The notes: a model not told the origin generated them from the sequence alone. Shown: positions 18,627 through 27,786, numbered from the stretch's first letter. The stretch: DNA of 32,000 nt from Candidatus Methylomirabilis oxygeniifera (GCA_000091165.1 FP565575.1:1110001-1142000); one strand, 5' to 3'. Program-made: numbers and translations.

Positions 18627-19084
18627 AACCCCGGTCTCCCGAGGCAGCGTACAAGGCGGGCGTACGTCTCCTTACCGCTCGGGATCGGACAAGCGCTGAG
18701 CTTGCTCGCCTGCTTGTAGTGAGGGGATTTACTGGCGCAGAAGTACGGATAGCCCTTGATCGATTGAAAGAGGAAGGGTACCTGAACGATCGACGATTCG
18801 CAAGCGCTTGGGCCAAGGGCCGCCTGTGGACAAAGCCGATGGGCCCGTATCGTCTGAGTAGGGAACTCGAGGTCAAAGGGGTTGAGACGCAACTCGTGCG
18901 AGAGGTCCTGGAAGACGTGTACGAAGAGGGCGAAGAGCCGGTGGCCCGCCGGGCGATGGCAGGCAAACTCTCAGCGCTTGGTGGCCGGCCGGTTCCATCG
19001 CGAACCGCCTCGGTGGCGCGGTTTCTCCACCGAAGAGGATTTTCAGGCGAAATGATCCGGCAACTGCTTCACGAGGAGCAATAG
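18512..19084 (+). CDS. recX: Regulatory protein RecX (start probably further downstream)
   Basis: LLTARDRTSAELARLLVVRGFTGAEVRIALDRLKEEGYLNDRRFASAWAKGRL. Track start overlaps pilT by 115 nt. Confidence 0.88.
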   Translation: MEQQPQRLRAQGSRDRECGGSILDSGTKGTASRTKASLKPRSPEAAYKAGVRLLTARDRTSAELARLLVVRGFTGAEVRIALDRLKEEGYLNDRRFASAWAKGRLWTKPMGPYRLSRELEVKGVETQLVREVLEDVYEEGEEPVARRAMAGKLSALGGRPVPSRTASVARFLHRRGFSGEMIRQLLHEEQ

Positions 19085-19089
19085 GGATA

Positions 19090-21759
19090 GTGGAACGCAT
19101 GATGTCACGGTTGACAGGCGGAGAGATCCGCGAGCGATTCCTGCGCTTTTTTGAGCGGAATGGCCATACGGTGGTGGCCAGTTCGTCATTAGTCCCGGCC
19201 GGCGATCCGACACTGCTCTTCACCAATGCCGGGATGGTACCGTTTAAGGGGGTCTTTCTGGGGACCGATCCGCGTCCCTACCGGCGCGCCGTCTCTATTC
19301 AAAAGTGTTTGCGCGTCAGCGGTAAACATAACGATCTGGAGAATGTCGGTCGAACCGCCCGTCACCATACCTTCTTTGAGATGCTCGGCAATTTCTCGTT
19401 CGGCGATTACTTCAAGGAGGGCGCCATTGAATATGGCTGGGCGTTCCTGACGTGCGAGCTGGAGCTGCCTGCGGATCGGCTGTGGGCCACCATTTATAAA
19501 GATGACGATGCGGCGGGCGAACTGTGGCAGCGGCTGACCGGACTGCCGTCTGATCGCATCGTTCGCCTGGGGGAAAAAGATAATTTCTGGTCGATGGGCG
19601 AGACCGGTCCATGCGGGCCCTGCTCCGAGTTGATCTTCGACCAGGGTCCGACAATCGGGTGCGGACGGCCGACCTGTACTATTGAGTGCGGGTGCGATCG
19701 ATATCTTGAGCTGTGGAACCTGGTATTCATGCAGTTCAATCGCGACGCCTCAGGAACCCTCACGCCGCTCCCGAAGCCGAGTATCGACACGGGAGCCGGA
19801 TTGGAGCGGATGGCCGCGGTGTGCCAGGGAGTCACGAGTAATTTTGAGAGCGACCTGATCCGCCCGCTGATCGCAACGGTAGAGGAGCTGTCGCAGAAGC
19901 GTTACGGGGCGGACGAGAAGGATGATATATCGATGCGGGTCATCGCCGATCACGCGAGGGCGGTGACCTTCGCGTTGGCCGACGGTGTGTTGCCCAGCAA
20001 CGAAGGGCGAGGCTACGTGCTACGTCGGATCCTCCGGCGCGCGCTTCGACATGGTCGGCTCCTCGGACTGGATGAGCCGTTCCTGGCCTCCACGACCCAC
20101 AGGGTGATCGACCTGATGACGGACGCCTATCCGGAGCTTCCGGCCAGCAGGGCGCATGTCGAGCGTCTCGCCTGGATCGAGGAGGACCGCTTCGGCATTG
20201 TGCTGCGCGAGGCGCTGCCCCGACTGCATGACCTGATCGAGAAGATCAAATCCCAGACAGCGGAGCAGGCCATCCTTCCAGGGTCAAAGCTTTTTGAGCT
20301 GTACGATACATATGGAGTACCGCGCGACCTGATCGATGAGATCGCCGTTGAGCAGTCGGTCGGATGCGATTGGAACGGATTCGAGATCGAGTTGAGACAC
20401 CAGAGGGAAACGTCACGGGCGCATCTGAAAGCGTTCGGGGACGTTCAGGGGGTTGCAGAAGCGTTTCACGACCTTGTGAAGACGAGGCGAACAGTGTTCC
20501 TGGGCTATGAGCGTCTCGATCTGGAGGCGTCGGTAGTTGCGGTCATCGTTGGCGGCACACAGGTCGATCGGATGGGTGTGGGACAGGAAGGCGAGGTTGT
20601 CCTTGACCAGACTCCGTTCTATGCCGAATCCGGTGGACAGGTGGGTGATGCCGGATATCTTCGAGGCGATGGAGTCCTTGCGGAGGTCCTGGATACGAAA
20701 CGGCCGTTGGCCGGATTGATCGTCCACCGTGTTCGAGTGAAGCGAGGCGAGTTCAGGAGTGGCCAGCGACTCCTTGCCTCGGTTGAGGCTGATCGGCGCA
20801 GTACGACGGTCAAGAACCACACAGCAACCCACCTCGTCCACGCGGCTCTGCGACAGATCCTTGGCGATCATGTGCGACAGGAAGGCTCGTTGGTTGCGCC
20901 GGATCGCTTGCGCTTTGACTTTCGCCACTATGGGCCGGTGAGTCCCGCCGAGATCACTCAGATCGAAGAGATGGTCAATGCGAAGCTCTGGGCGAACGTG
21001 CCCGTGGTGGTCGAAGAGATGCGGCTGGATGAGGCGCTGGCGAAAGGCGCCCTGGCCTTCTTCGGCGACAAGTACGGGGATGAGGTGCGGGTGGTCGGCG
21101 TCGCCGATTTCAGTATTGAGCTGTGCGGAGGGACGCATACCAAGTCGACGGGGGAGATCGGTCTGTTGAAGATCGCGCATGAGACAGGCGTGGCCGCCGG
21201 CATACGCCGGATTGAGGCCTTGACCGGCCCAGGCGCCTTTCAGTACCTCAAGCGCGAGGGAGAGGTCCTGCGGGAATCGGCCGATCGATTGAAAAGTAAG
21301 CCGCTTGAGGTTCCCGAAAAGGTTGAGCGCCTCTTTGATTCGGCGCGCGCCTTCGAACGCGAGGTCCAGCGGTTGCGCGCCAAGTTGGGCGCAGAAATGG
21401 CGGAGGAGTTGCTGAACAAGGCAACCCGGGTCTCCGGTGTCATGGTGGTGGCGGGCCTAGTGGAGCAGTGTGATCAGCGGGCGCTACGGGAACTCGTCGA
21501 TCGAGTCAAGACGAAGATCGAGAGTGGAGTTATCGTTCTGGCAACGTCCCTGGACGGACGGGTAGGCTGGGTAGCAGCCGTGACGCCGGACCTTACCTCT
21601 CGACTGCACGCCGGAAAATTGGTGAAGGAAGTCGCAAATATCACCGGGGGGAGCGGCGGTGGCAGGGCTGATCTCGCCGAAGCCGGCGGGAAAAACCTCG
21701 ATGAGTTGGATCGAGCGCTTCAGCTTGTCCCGGAGTTGGTCAAACAGGCTCTCGCATGA
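19090..21759 (+). CDS. alaS: Alanyl-tRNA synthetase
   Basis: RERFLRFFERNGHTVVASSSLVPAGDPTLLFTNAGMVPFKGVFLG, NHTATHLVHAALRQILGDHVRQEGS, CGGTHTKSTGEIG. Confidence 0.98.
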   Translation: MERMMSRLTGGEIRERFLRFFERNGHTVVASSSLVPAGDPTLLFTNAGMVPFKGVFLGTDPRPYRRAVSIQKCLRVSGKHNDLENVGRTARHHTFFEMLGNFSFGDYFKEGAIEYGWAFLTCELELPADRLWATIYKDDDAAGELWQRLTGLPSDRIVRLGEKDNFWSMGETGPCGPCSELIFDQGPTIGCGRPTCTIECGCDRYLELWNLVFMQFNRDASGTLTPLPKPSIDTGAGLERMAAVCQGVTSNFESDLIRPLIATVEELSQKRYGADEKDDISMRVIADHARAVTFALADGVLPSNEGRGYVLRRILRRALRHGRLLGLDEPFLASTTHRVIDLMTDAYPELPASRAHVERLAWIEEDRFGIVLREALPRLHDLIEKIKSQTAEQAILPGSKLFELYDTYGVPRDLIDEIAVEQSVGCDWNGFEIELRHQRETSRAHLKAFGDVQGVAEAFHDLVKTRRTVFLGYERLDLEASVVAVIVGGTQVDRMGVGQEGEVVLDQTPFYAESGGQVGDAGYLRGDGVLAEVLDTKRPLAGLIVHRVRVKRGEFRSGQRLLASVEADRRSTTVKNHTATHLVHAALRQILGDHVRQEGSLVAPDRLRFDFRHYGPVSPAEITQIEEMVNAKLWANVPVVVEEMRLDEALAKGALAFFGDKYGDEVRVVGVADFSIELCGGTHTKSTGEIGLLKIAHETGVAAGIRRIEALTGPGAFQYLKREGEVLRESADRLKSKPLEVPEKVERLFDSARAFEREVQRLRAKLGAEMAEELLNKATRVSGVMVVAGLVEQCDQRALRELVDRVKTKIESGVIVLATSLDGRVGWVAAVTPDLTSRLHAGKLVKEVANITGGSGGGRADLAEAGGKNLDELDRALQLVPELVKQALA

Positions 21760-21805
21760 GTCTATTCCGGAATCCGGTAGTGGGTCAGTTTGAAATAAGC
21801 GAACC

Positions 21806-21834
21806 TTGACAGCAAGTGTTGACATCCCTATACT
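21806..21834 (+). promoter_or_regulatory. Strong consensus sigma70-type promoter, apparently leaderless
   Basis: TTGACA-N17-TATACT, then 6 nt to ATG at 21841. Confidence 0.75.
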
Positions 21835-21840
21835 CAGGGT

Positions 21841-22086
21841 ATGCCTAAGCGCACAAGCAAGAAGCCGCCCTCTGATATTAACCTGCTCGCCGTCTCAGTC
21901 GTTCAGGCGGCAACCGGAGAGAAACCCGCTAGTGAGAGCATCCCGCAAAAGAACCCTGCCGCTGTAGCCCTGGGTCGATTGGGTGGGCTGAAGGGTGGGA
22001 AGGCCAGGGCCAAGAAACTCTCTGCGAAGACAAGATCATTAATCGCCAAGAAAGCCGCGAAGGCCCGTTGGGCTAGACAGAAGTAG
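21841..22086 (+). CDS. Small basic Ala/Lys/Gly-rich protein, putative nucleic-acid binding
   Basis: 81 aa; KNPAAVALGRLGGLKGGKARAKKLSAKTRSLIAKKAAKARWARQK. Confidence 0.7.
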   Translation: MPKRTSKKPPSDINLLAVSVVQAATGEKPASESIPQKNPAAVALGRLGGLKGGKARAKKLSAKTRSLIAKKAAKARWARQK

Positions 22087-22198
22087 CTTTTCTATGTCAT
22101 AAGTGACAAGCGGCGGACATCTCAACAACGGAGAAGATTCTGAGCTTTTAGAAAGGATTTTTGATTTTAGGATTTATCTACTTGGTTCCCCTTGATCC

Positions 22199-22867
22199 CT
22201 ATAAGGTGACGACCCGCCACGCCGCCTTTTGGTGCAAAGCAGAGAACGATAACCGAACCCGGAAGTCCTCGCCGAGGGTGGGTGCGTTGCGGCCGACCCT
22301 CCAAATGGTATCGTTTTCGTCCGGGTTGTATTGATCTTGAAACACCCCGCTTGGGATACAAGCTATCTTTATCTGCTTCAGCAACGACCCCTTCCCATCG
22401 CCCTTGTAAATGTATTTAACGACTATTGTCACCGTCTGCATCTTCACGCCAGACCTTTCAATGAAGGTCGGCAAGCCGCCCTTAACTTTTTCGACCTTTC
22501 CAGCCCTGTGCTGCCGCACTTCCATTGACGTTTGCGACATCTGAATCGTGGCTGTGTTACCGTCCTTTTCAGCCTTCGAGTCAATCATTAAGGCAACTTC
22601 CGTTTCTCTATCTGGCAGAAACACGAGAGCGGCCCGTTTATAATCGATTTTTCCGTACAGGCGGATATGCACTCGTGAAAGTCCGAGGAAATCTAACGCC
22701 TCCCGGGTAATGTCTTCTGCAACATCAGCGGCCAGATCAGTTTCCTCGCGGAATATTTTGACCGCCTCTTTGTGATAGTCGCGGATCGCCCGAACAACCA
22801 GGCGAAGGCACGAGCGTTCTACCTCCTCAATCTGAATCTGCATTTTCACGGGTTCTGGATTCTGCAA
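22199..22867 (-). CDS. Putative type II restriction endonuclease, SfiI-like
   Basis: Adjacent to a DNA methyltransferase. Recalled resemblance to SfiI: IDYKRAALVFLP, LMIDSKA, QMSQTSMEVR, QDQYNPDENDTIWRVGRNAPTLGEDFRVRLSF. Start may be the internal ATG at 22843. Confidence 0.7.
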   Translation of the reverse strand: MQNPEPVKMQIQIEEVERSCLRLVVRAIRDYHKEAVKIFREETDLAADVAEDITREALDFLGLSRVHIRLYGKIDYKRAALVFLPDRETEVALMIDSKAEKDGNTATIQMSQTSMEVRQHRAGKVEKVKGGLPTFIERSGVKMQTVTIVVKYIYKGDGKGSLLKQIKIACIPSGVFQDQYNPDENDTIWRVGRNAPTLGEDFRVRLSFSALHQKAAWRVVTL

Positions 22868-23843
22868 GCTTGGTGTATTTTTTCAGCCTATCAATTCCGA
22901 TGTATTTGCGCTTCAGTTTGTGCGCCATCCTGGTCGTGGTCCCCGACCCAACGAACGGATCAATCACAACGTCGCCAGGATCGGAGAACAAACGGATAAC
23001 GCGCTCTGCCAGCATCTCTGGAAACTCGCACTCATGGCGTCCGTTCCTTTGGACTGACCGTATGTTCCAGACGCCCCTCGATCCCCATTCAGCCCATTCA
23101 TTCTTCTTGAGGCGATTACGGTCAACGTCAATTATCCCCGGTTTCCAGAATACGTACAGGTATTCAAACTCATCCACCGCACGGTAAGAATTGCTGTGCC
23201 ATCGGCTATTGGCCCAACAAGGGTCTTTGTGCCAGATGCGGCGGTCATAGAGATATAGACCGACCGACTCAGCCCATCCCTGCAATAGACCTCCGACGAC
23301 AAACACCTTTGTCCCAGCCTCATACTTGCCGCCGCGCACGTTGTTATGTTCCGCACGGCGCTGAATGGTTTGCTCGCTGCACCCGAACAGCTTCGCCAAC
23401 TCATAACGGCTTGCCTTCGGATGCTTCTTCATTGCGGCAAGCACGTCTTCCCGCGTGATGGCAATCTTCTTGTTGCTGATGTTATTTGCCATGTAACGCG
23501 GCATCTCTGTGTCGGTGAAGCAAAGAATGTCGCTGATATTAATCACCATGAAGGAGCCGGACTTCATGACACGCGCATGCTCCACGATTACGCCGCGCAG
23601 AAGTTCTTGCCACTGCTGGAAAGTAAGGTGTGCCTCGTAATTCTTGCCAACGAAGTACGGCGGAGACCAAAAACTCAAATCTATGCTTGCTGCTGGAAAC
23701 GACCGCAGCACAGCAATGGAATCGCCTGTGTAAATTCTGTTGACGTGGTTTTCGTCGGCGAGTAGTTGGGCTTTCGCTGCTGTTGGCCTGCATGCCAACA
23801 CAACGTCAGTAATCGCATTTAGAGCAGCTAACTCACTCCTCAT
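22827..23843 (-). CDS. Site-specific DNA methyltransferase (SPPY class, probably N4-cytosine)
   Basis: DLSFWSPPYFVGKNYE (motif IV), VIDPFVGSGTTTRMAHKLKRKYIGID (motif I). Overlaps the endonuclease ORF. Confidence 0.93.
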   Translation of the reverse strand: MRSELAALNAITDVVLACRPTAAKAQLLADENHVNRIYTGDSIAVLRSFPAASIDLSFWSPPYFVGKNYEAHLTFQQWQELLRGVIVEHARVMKSGSFMVINISDILCFTDTEMPRYMANNISNKKIAITREDVLAAMKKHPKASRYELAKLFGCSEQTIQRRAEHNNVRGGKYEAGTKVFVVGGLLQGWAESVGLYLYDRRIWHKDPCWANSRWHSNSYRAVDEFEYLYVFWKPGIIDVDRNRLKKNEWAEWGSRGVWNIRSVQRNGRHECEFPEMLAERVIRLFSDPGDVVIDPFVGSGTTTRMAHKLKRKYIGIDRLKKYTKLAESRTRENADSD

Positions 23844-24197
23844 GAGGTCAACTCACAATAAGTGGTCCGACTCCCAACCGTTGCATCTACGAAGCTGCCT
23901 AGCCTCTTCAAAGTATAATACAATATATTACCATCATTTATGCGAAAGATAAATTCATCGATTAGAGATTTGATCGTGGAGAGAAATTGTGCAGTGAAGA
24001 GCTTGTCTGCCATGCCTTTACACCTTGTTTTAGCTTTCTGAATAGGAGAGGAATCGTCCCACAAGCTCAAGCGTGCATATCAAGCGGTTTTTGAAGCTGG
24101 GAGGGGGGATTACGAGTAGTGAAGAAATAACTAGACAGATGGGCAGTATTATGTCATTTTACTTAACATGCAACCTGAGTAAAGGGAGGAGATCAAA

Positions 24198-24821
24198 ATG
24201 GCAATATCGGCTACTGAGCTTGCGCGGATCTTCGATGGTTCTGTTTCAAGGCAGATTCAAGAAGCGTTGGTCAGGTGTGTCTTTGGCAGCTACCGGACAG
24301 CCCACGATGAGTGCTCGGGATTCCCTGGTGAAGAAGCTCATGACCTACTCCCCTATTACCGATGGATTCAGCTTCGCTCAGATTTACGAGGAATGACCAA
24401 TCGCTTTGATGGTGTTCACGCTAGCGCTGAACGTTACCATACGCTCCTCCATGTTGGACGGATCTTACTCACAGCTCAACGCGTTGACGGGCCTGAAGGA
24501 TTAGTGCGTCCATCAGTTTACCGACTGGCTTATGCGGCCAGCAGTCAATTGGAACTCTTTGAACAGAACACGCCGCCGCCGGATGACGCCTTATTCTACG
24601 CCATCCTACTGCATGGTCCTGATCCGCGAGAAGCGAAGCAGCCGCTCTTTGCTCAAATCGCATTCCCAGACAAAACCCTTCAGTCCTACGTTCACAAGAT
24701 TGATCTGTTTTCCAGATTTGAACCCGTAATCGACAGCCTTCGCATTGCTCATGAAGAGGGCGGAGGCCAAGATGTGACTATCCAACTCCGCAAGGCGGCC
24801 AAAAAGCAAAACGTGTCATGA
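24198..24821 (+). CDS. Hypothetical protein paired with the XRE-ImmA gene
   Basis: 207 aa ORF overlapping the next start by 4 nt (ATGA). Confidence 0.65.
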   Translation: MAISATELARIFDGSVSRQIQEALVRCVFGSYRTAHDECSGFPGEEAHDLLPYYRWIQLRSDLRGMTNRFDGVHASAERYHTLLHVGRILLTAQRVDGPEGLVRPSVYRLAYAASSQLELFEQNTPPPDDALFYAILLHGPDPREAKQPLFAQIAFPDKTLQSYVHKIDLFSRFEPVIDSLRIAHEEGGGQDVTIQLRKAAKKQNVS

Positions 24822-26050
24822 AGCCCGGGACGCCAGGATTCAACGGCGCCAGACTGCGCGAGGCGCGTGAGGCAAGAGGTCTGCCAGCTATAGCGTTGGC
24901 TGATCTCATCGGGGTCACTCGTGCTGCTGTTTCTCAGTATGAGAATAGTGTTCAAACGCCGCGACCAGAAGTTATGGAAAAGATCGCCAGAACGTTGCAG
25001 CTTCCTCAAGAGTATTTCCGCCGACCAATAAGTCGGATCGAGAGAGGAGCCATTTTCTATCGGTCCATGAGTGCTGCCACCAAGGCGGCGAGAGCACGAG
25101 CCGAATGTCGCTATTCTTGGTTGCGGGAGATCGTAACCTATCTGAGAGAATTTGTGCAATTCCCTCCCATGAATATTCCAGATTTCAATTTGCCAGATGA
25201 TCCGGTCCGAATCTCTTACAACCAAATAGAAGAACTTGCTACGCAGAGCAGACAATTTTGGAAGATCGGTGAAGGGCCGATAGGCAATGTGGTTAGGCTT
25301 CTCGAAAACAACGGTATCGTTGTGGTCCGCGACGAACTTGGGGCTGAAACCCTCGATGCTTTCTCTGAGTTCAATGCTGAGGATGGAACGCCATACATTA
25401 TCCTGGGCTCGGATAAAGCCGTGGCGGTACGATCTCGTTTTGATGCTGCCCATGAACTTGGCCACCTTATCCTCCATCGGAACATCAACAAGAATCGTCT
25501 TTCTCGACCGACCGATCATCAGCTAATCGAGACACAAGCCCATAGGTTCGCTGGAGCCTTCCTGCTGCCAGGGCAAGCATTCGCAAGCGAATTTTACTCA
25601 GCAAACCTTGATGCACTCAGGATCTTAAAGCCGAAATGGAAGGTCTCAATTGCTATGATGGTCAAGAGAGCCGAGGATTTGGAGTTTATATCATCTGAGC
25701 AGGCTAAACGCTTATGGATAAATTATTCGCGTCGCCGATGGAGAGCAAAAGAACCTCTCGACGGCGAACTCGAAGTTGAGCAGCCCCGTCTATTGGTTCG
25801 AGCATTTGAATTACTCCTCAACGAGGGGATTCAAACGTGCGAACAGATCCTTTCTCATTTACCACTCAACCCAAATGATATTGAAGCCTTGGCTACTCTA
25901 TCAGGCCAGCTTACCAAGACGTCTGCCGATGAACCCTCAGTGCGTGTTCTTGATTTGACTGGCCGCACTCGCCAAAAAAGCCAGCACCAGATCGATAAGC
26001 CAGGACAAGTCATACAATTTGCAGCCCGGAAACCGCATCCAACTGGTTAG
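24818..26050 (+). CDS. XRE-type HTH plus ImmA/IrrE-family metallopeptidase
   Basis: LADLIGVTRAAVSQYENSVQTPRPEVMEKIARTL (HTH); RSRFDAAHELGHLILH (HExxH zinc motif). Confidence 0.93.
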   Translation: MKPGTPGFNGARLREAREARGLPAIALADLIGVTRAAVSQYENSVQTPRPEVMEKIARTLQLPQEYFRRPISRIERGAIFYRSMSAATKAARARAECRYSWLREIVTYLREFVQFPPMNIPDFNLPDDPVRISYNQIEELATQSRQFWKIGEGPIGNVVRLLENNGIVVVRDELGAETLDAFSEFNAEDGTPYIILGSDKAVAVRSRFDAAHELGHLILHRNINKNRLSRPTDHQLIETQAHRFAGAFLLPGQAFASEFYSANLDALRILKPKWKVSIAMMVKRAEDLEFISSEQAKRLWINYSRRRWRAKEPLDGELEVEQPRLLVRAFELLLNEGIQTCEQILSHLPLNPNDIEALATLSGQLTKTSADEPSVRVLDLTGRTRQKSQHQIDKPGQVIQFAARKPHPTG

Positions 26051-26122
26051 ATAGGCAAGAAAAATGGTTCCTGGGGTTATTTCTCTCTTGACATGCTTGA
26101 CCGCTCAAGCTATATTATAAGT

Positions 26123-26953
26123 ATGAACAGATTGAGTAAGGACAAGCGAGCACAAGTGGTAGCCGCCCTAGTCGAGGGCAACTCGATTCGGTCCACCGTC
26201 CGCATGACGGGCGTCGCCAAAGGCACGGTCTTGAAGCTACTGGCCGATCTCGGAGCGGCCTGTAGTGAATATCAGCGGCAAGTCCTTGTGAATCTTCGTT
26301 GCAAGCGGATTCAGTGTGATGAGATCTGGTCCTTCTGTTATGCCAAGGAAAAGAACGTCCCTGAGCACATGAAGGGCAAACCCGGAGTCGGCGACGTGTG
26401 GACCTGGACGGCTATGGATGCTGACTCAAAGCTAATGATCTCATGGTTGGTAGGCGAACGTGATGCAGGATACGCCACTGAGTTTATCAATGACCTCGCC
26501 GCACGGCTCGCCACTCGGGTTCAACTCACCACGGATGGTCTGAAGGTTTATCTGGAGGCTATAGAGGGTGCTTTTGGGGCCGACATTGATTATGCCCAAC
26601 TGGTGAAACTGTTTGGAGAGGCACCCGAGCAAGAGAAGCGGTACAGCCCGTCTCAGTGCACCGGATGCCAGAAGAGGCGCATTGATGGGAGTCCTGATCC
26701 TCGGCACGTCTCGACATCGTTTGTGGAGCGACAGAATTTAACCATGCGAATGAGCATGAGAAGGTTCACACGGCTTACCAATGCGTTTTCAAAGAAGGTC
26801 GAAAACCTGGAAGCCGCCGTAGCCCTTCACTTCATGTGGTACAACTTCGGGAGAATCCACCAAACCCTTCGAGTGACCCCGGCGATGCAAGCAGGAGTTT
26901 CCGACCATGTATGGACAATCGAGGAGATTTTAGACTTATTGGATTCAAACTGA
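26123..26953 (+). CDS. IS1-like DDE transposase
   Basis: HTH SIRSTVRMTGVAKGTVLKLLADLG, QCDEIWSFCYAKEKN, LTTDGLKVYLEAI, SFVERQNLTMRMSMRRFTRLTNAFSKK, HFMWYNFGRIH. Start MNRLSKDK. Confidence 0.88.
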   Translation: MNRLSKDKRAQVVAALVEGNSIRSTVRMTGVAKGTVLKLLADLGAACSEYQRQVLVNLRCKRIQCDEIWSFCYAKEKNVPEHMKGKPGVGDVWTWTAMDADSKLMISWLVGERDAGYATEFINDLAARLATRVQLTTDGLKVYLEAIEGAFGADIDYAQLVKLFGEAPEQEKRYSPSQCTGCQKRRIDGSPDPRHVSTSFVERQNLTMRMSMRRFTRLTNAFSKKVENLEAAVALHFMWYNFGRIHQTLRVTPAMQAGVSDHVWTIEEILDLLDSN

Positions 26954-27029
26954 CCCACTACCCGGAATCCGTTTCCCTTGCAGATCGCCGCCGGCCATGA
27001 TAGAAATGAAGAGAATGACCGTCACGACA

Positions 27030-27070
27030 CAGGCAGATAGACTGAAGGCTGAAGGCTTTTAGGGGTAAGG
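27030..27070 (+). repeat. Dispersed 40-bp repeat, copy 2
   Basis: CAGGCAGATAGACTGAAGGCTGAAGGCTTTTAGGGGTAAGG. Confidence 0.7.
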
Positions 27071-27159
27071 CGGTGATCACACAGCACTTCCGGCACGTGA
27101 TTTGCGCACGACGAGGTAATATATTGTCTTCAACTTTTGGCCTACACGTCTAAAGAGCG

Positions 27160-27786
27160 ATGATACCGGTTGCGCGCGAGGGGTGGCCATTTATCCTCCC
27201 ACCGTTGATCGTGGCTGCCAGCCTGTGGGTTGCGGGATGGCAGGTCAGCAGCGTTGTGACATGTGTGCTGGCCGTATTGGTGGCCCTGTTTTTCCGTGAC
27301 CCGCCACGCGATATTCCGAAGGGCGAGGGGCTGATTGTCGCCCCCGCCGATGGTGCTGTTGTCCAGGTCACCCAGTATCTTGGTCAGGAGTTGCAAGAGC
27401 CGGCCACCCAGATCAGCATCTTCCTGTCGGTTCTTGATGTGCATATCAACCGCGCCCCATTTCCCGCGGTAGTCGAAGAGGTGACGTACAGACCAGGGAC
27501 GTTTCGAATCGCATGGCAGCCCGAGGCATCGGTAGACAACGAACAGAATCTCATTGCGCTGAAGGCGCCGAAAGGGCGACTGCTGGTCAAACAGATCGCG
27601 GGCCTCATCGCCAGACGTATCGTCTGTCGGGTGGTTCCCGGACAAAAGCTTGAGGCCGGAGAGCGGATCGGGATGATTCGATTCGGATCGCGCGTGGATC
27701 TCATTGTCCCGGCGCGCGCCGAACTGTTCGTGAAACGTGGAGATCGCGTGAAGGGAGGAACCACTGTGATGGGAGCGCTTCGATGA
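27160..27786 (+). CDS. psd: Phosphatidylserine decarboxylase family protein
   Basis: LFFRDPPRDIPKGEGLIVAPADGAV, FLSVLDVHINRAPFPAVVEEVTYRPG, MIRFGSRVDLIVP (GS processing site). Confidence 0.94.
   Translation: MIPVAREGWPFILPPLIVAASLWVAGWQVSSVVTCVLAVLVALFFRDPPRDIPKGEGLIVAPADGAVVQVTQYLGQELQEPATQISIFLSVLDVHINRAPFPAVVEEVTYRPGTFRIAWQPEASVDNEQNLIALKAPKGRLLVKQIAGLIARRIVCRVVPGQKLEAGERIGMIRFGSRVDLIVPARAELFVKRGDRVKGGTTVMGALR

Larger units (their letters stand above)
21768..26970. mobile_element. 5.19-kb cargo-bearing transposable unit (IS1-like transposase) including 8-bp target duplications
   Basis: TSD CGGAATCC at 21768-21775 and 26963-26970. Perfect 19-bp TIR GGTAGTGGGTCAGTTTGAA (21776-21794) / TTCAAACTGACCCACTACC (26944-26962). 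Confidence 0.88.

Noticed and set aside
23840-24070. 76-aa ORF overlapping the methyltransferase start, considered as an RM controller protein
   Set aside because: No HTH pattern. It crosses AT-rich promoter-like DNA (TATTGTATTATACT), so probably non-coding, though the ATGA overlap leaves slight doubt.
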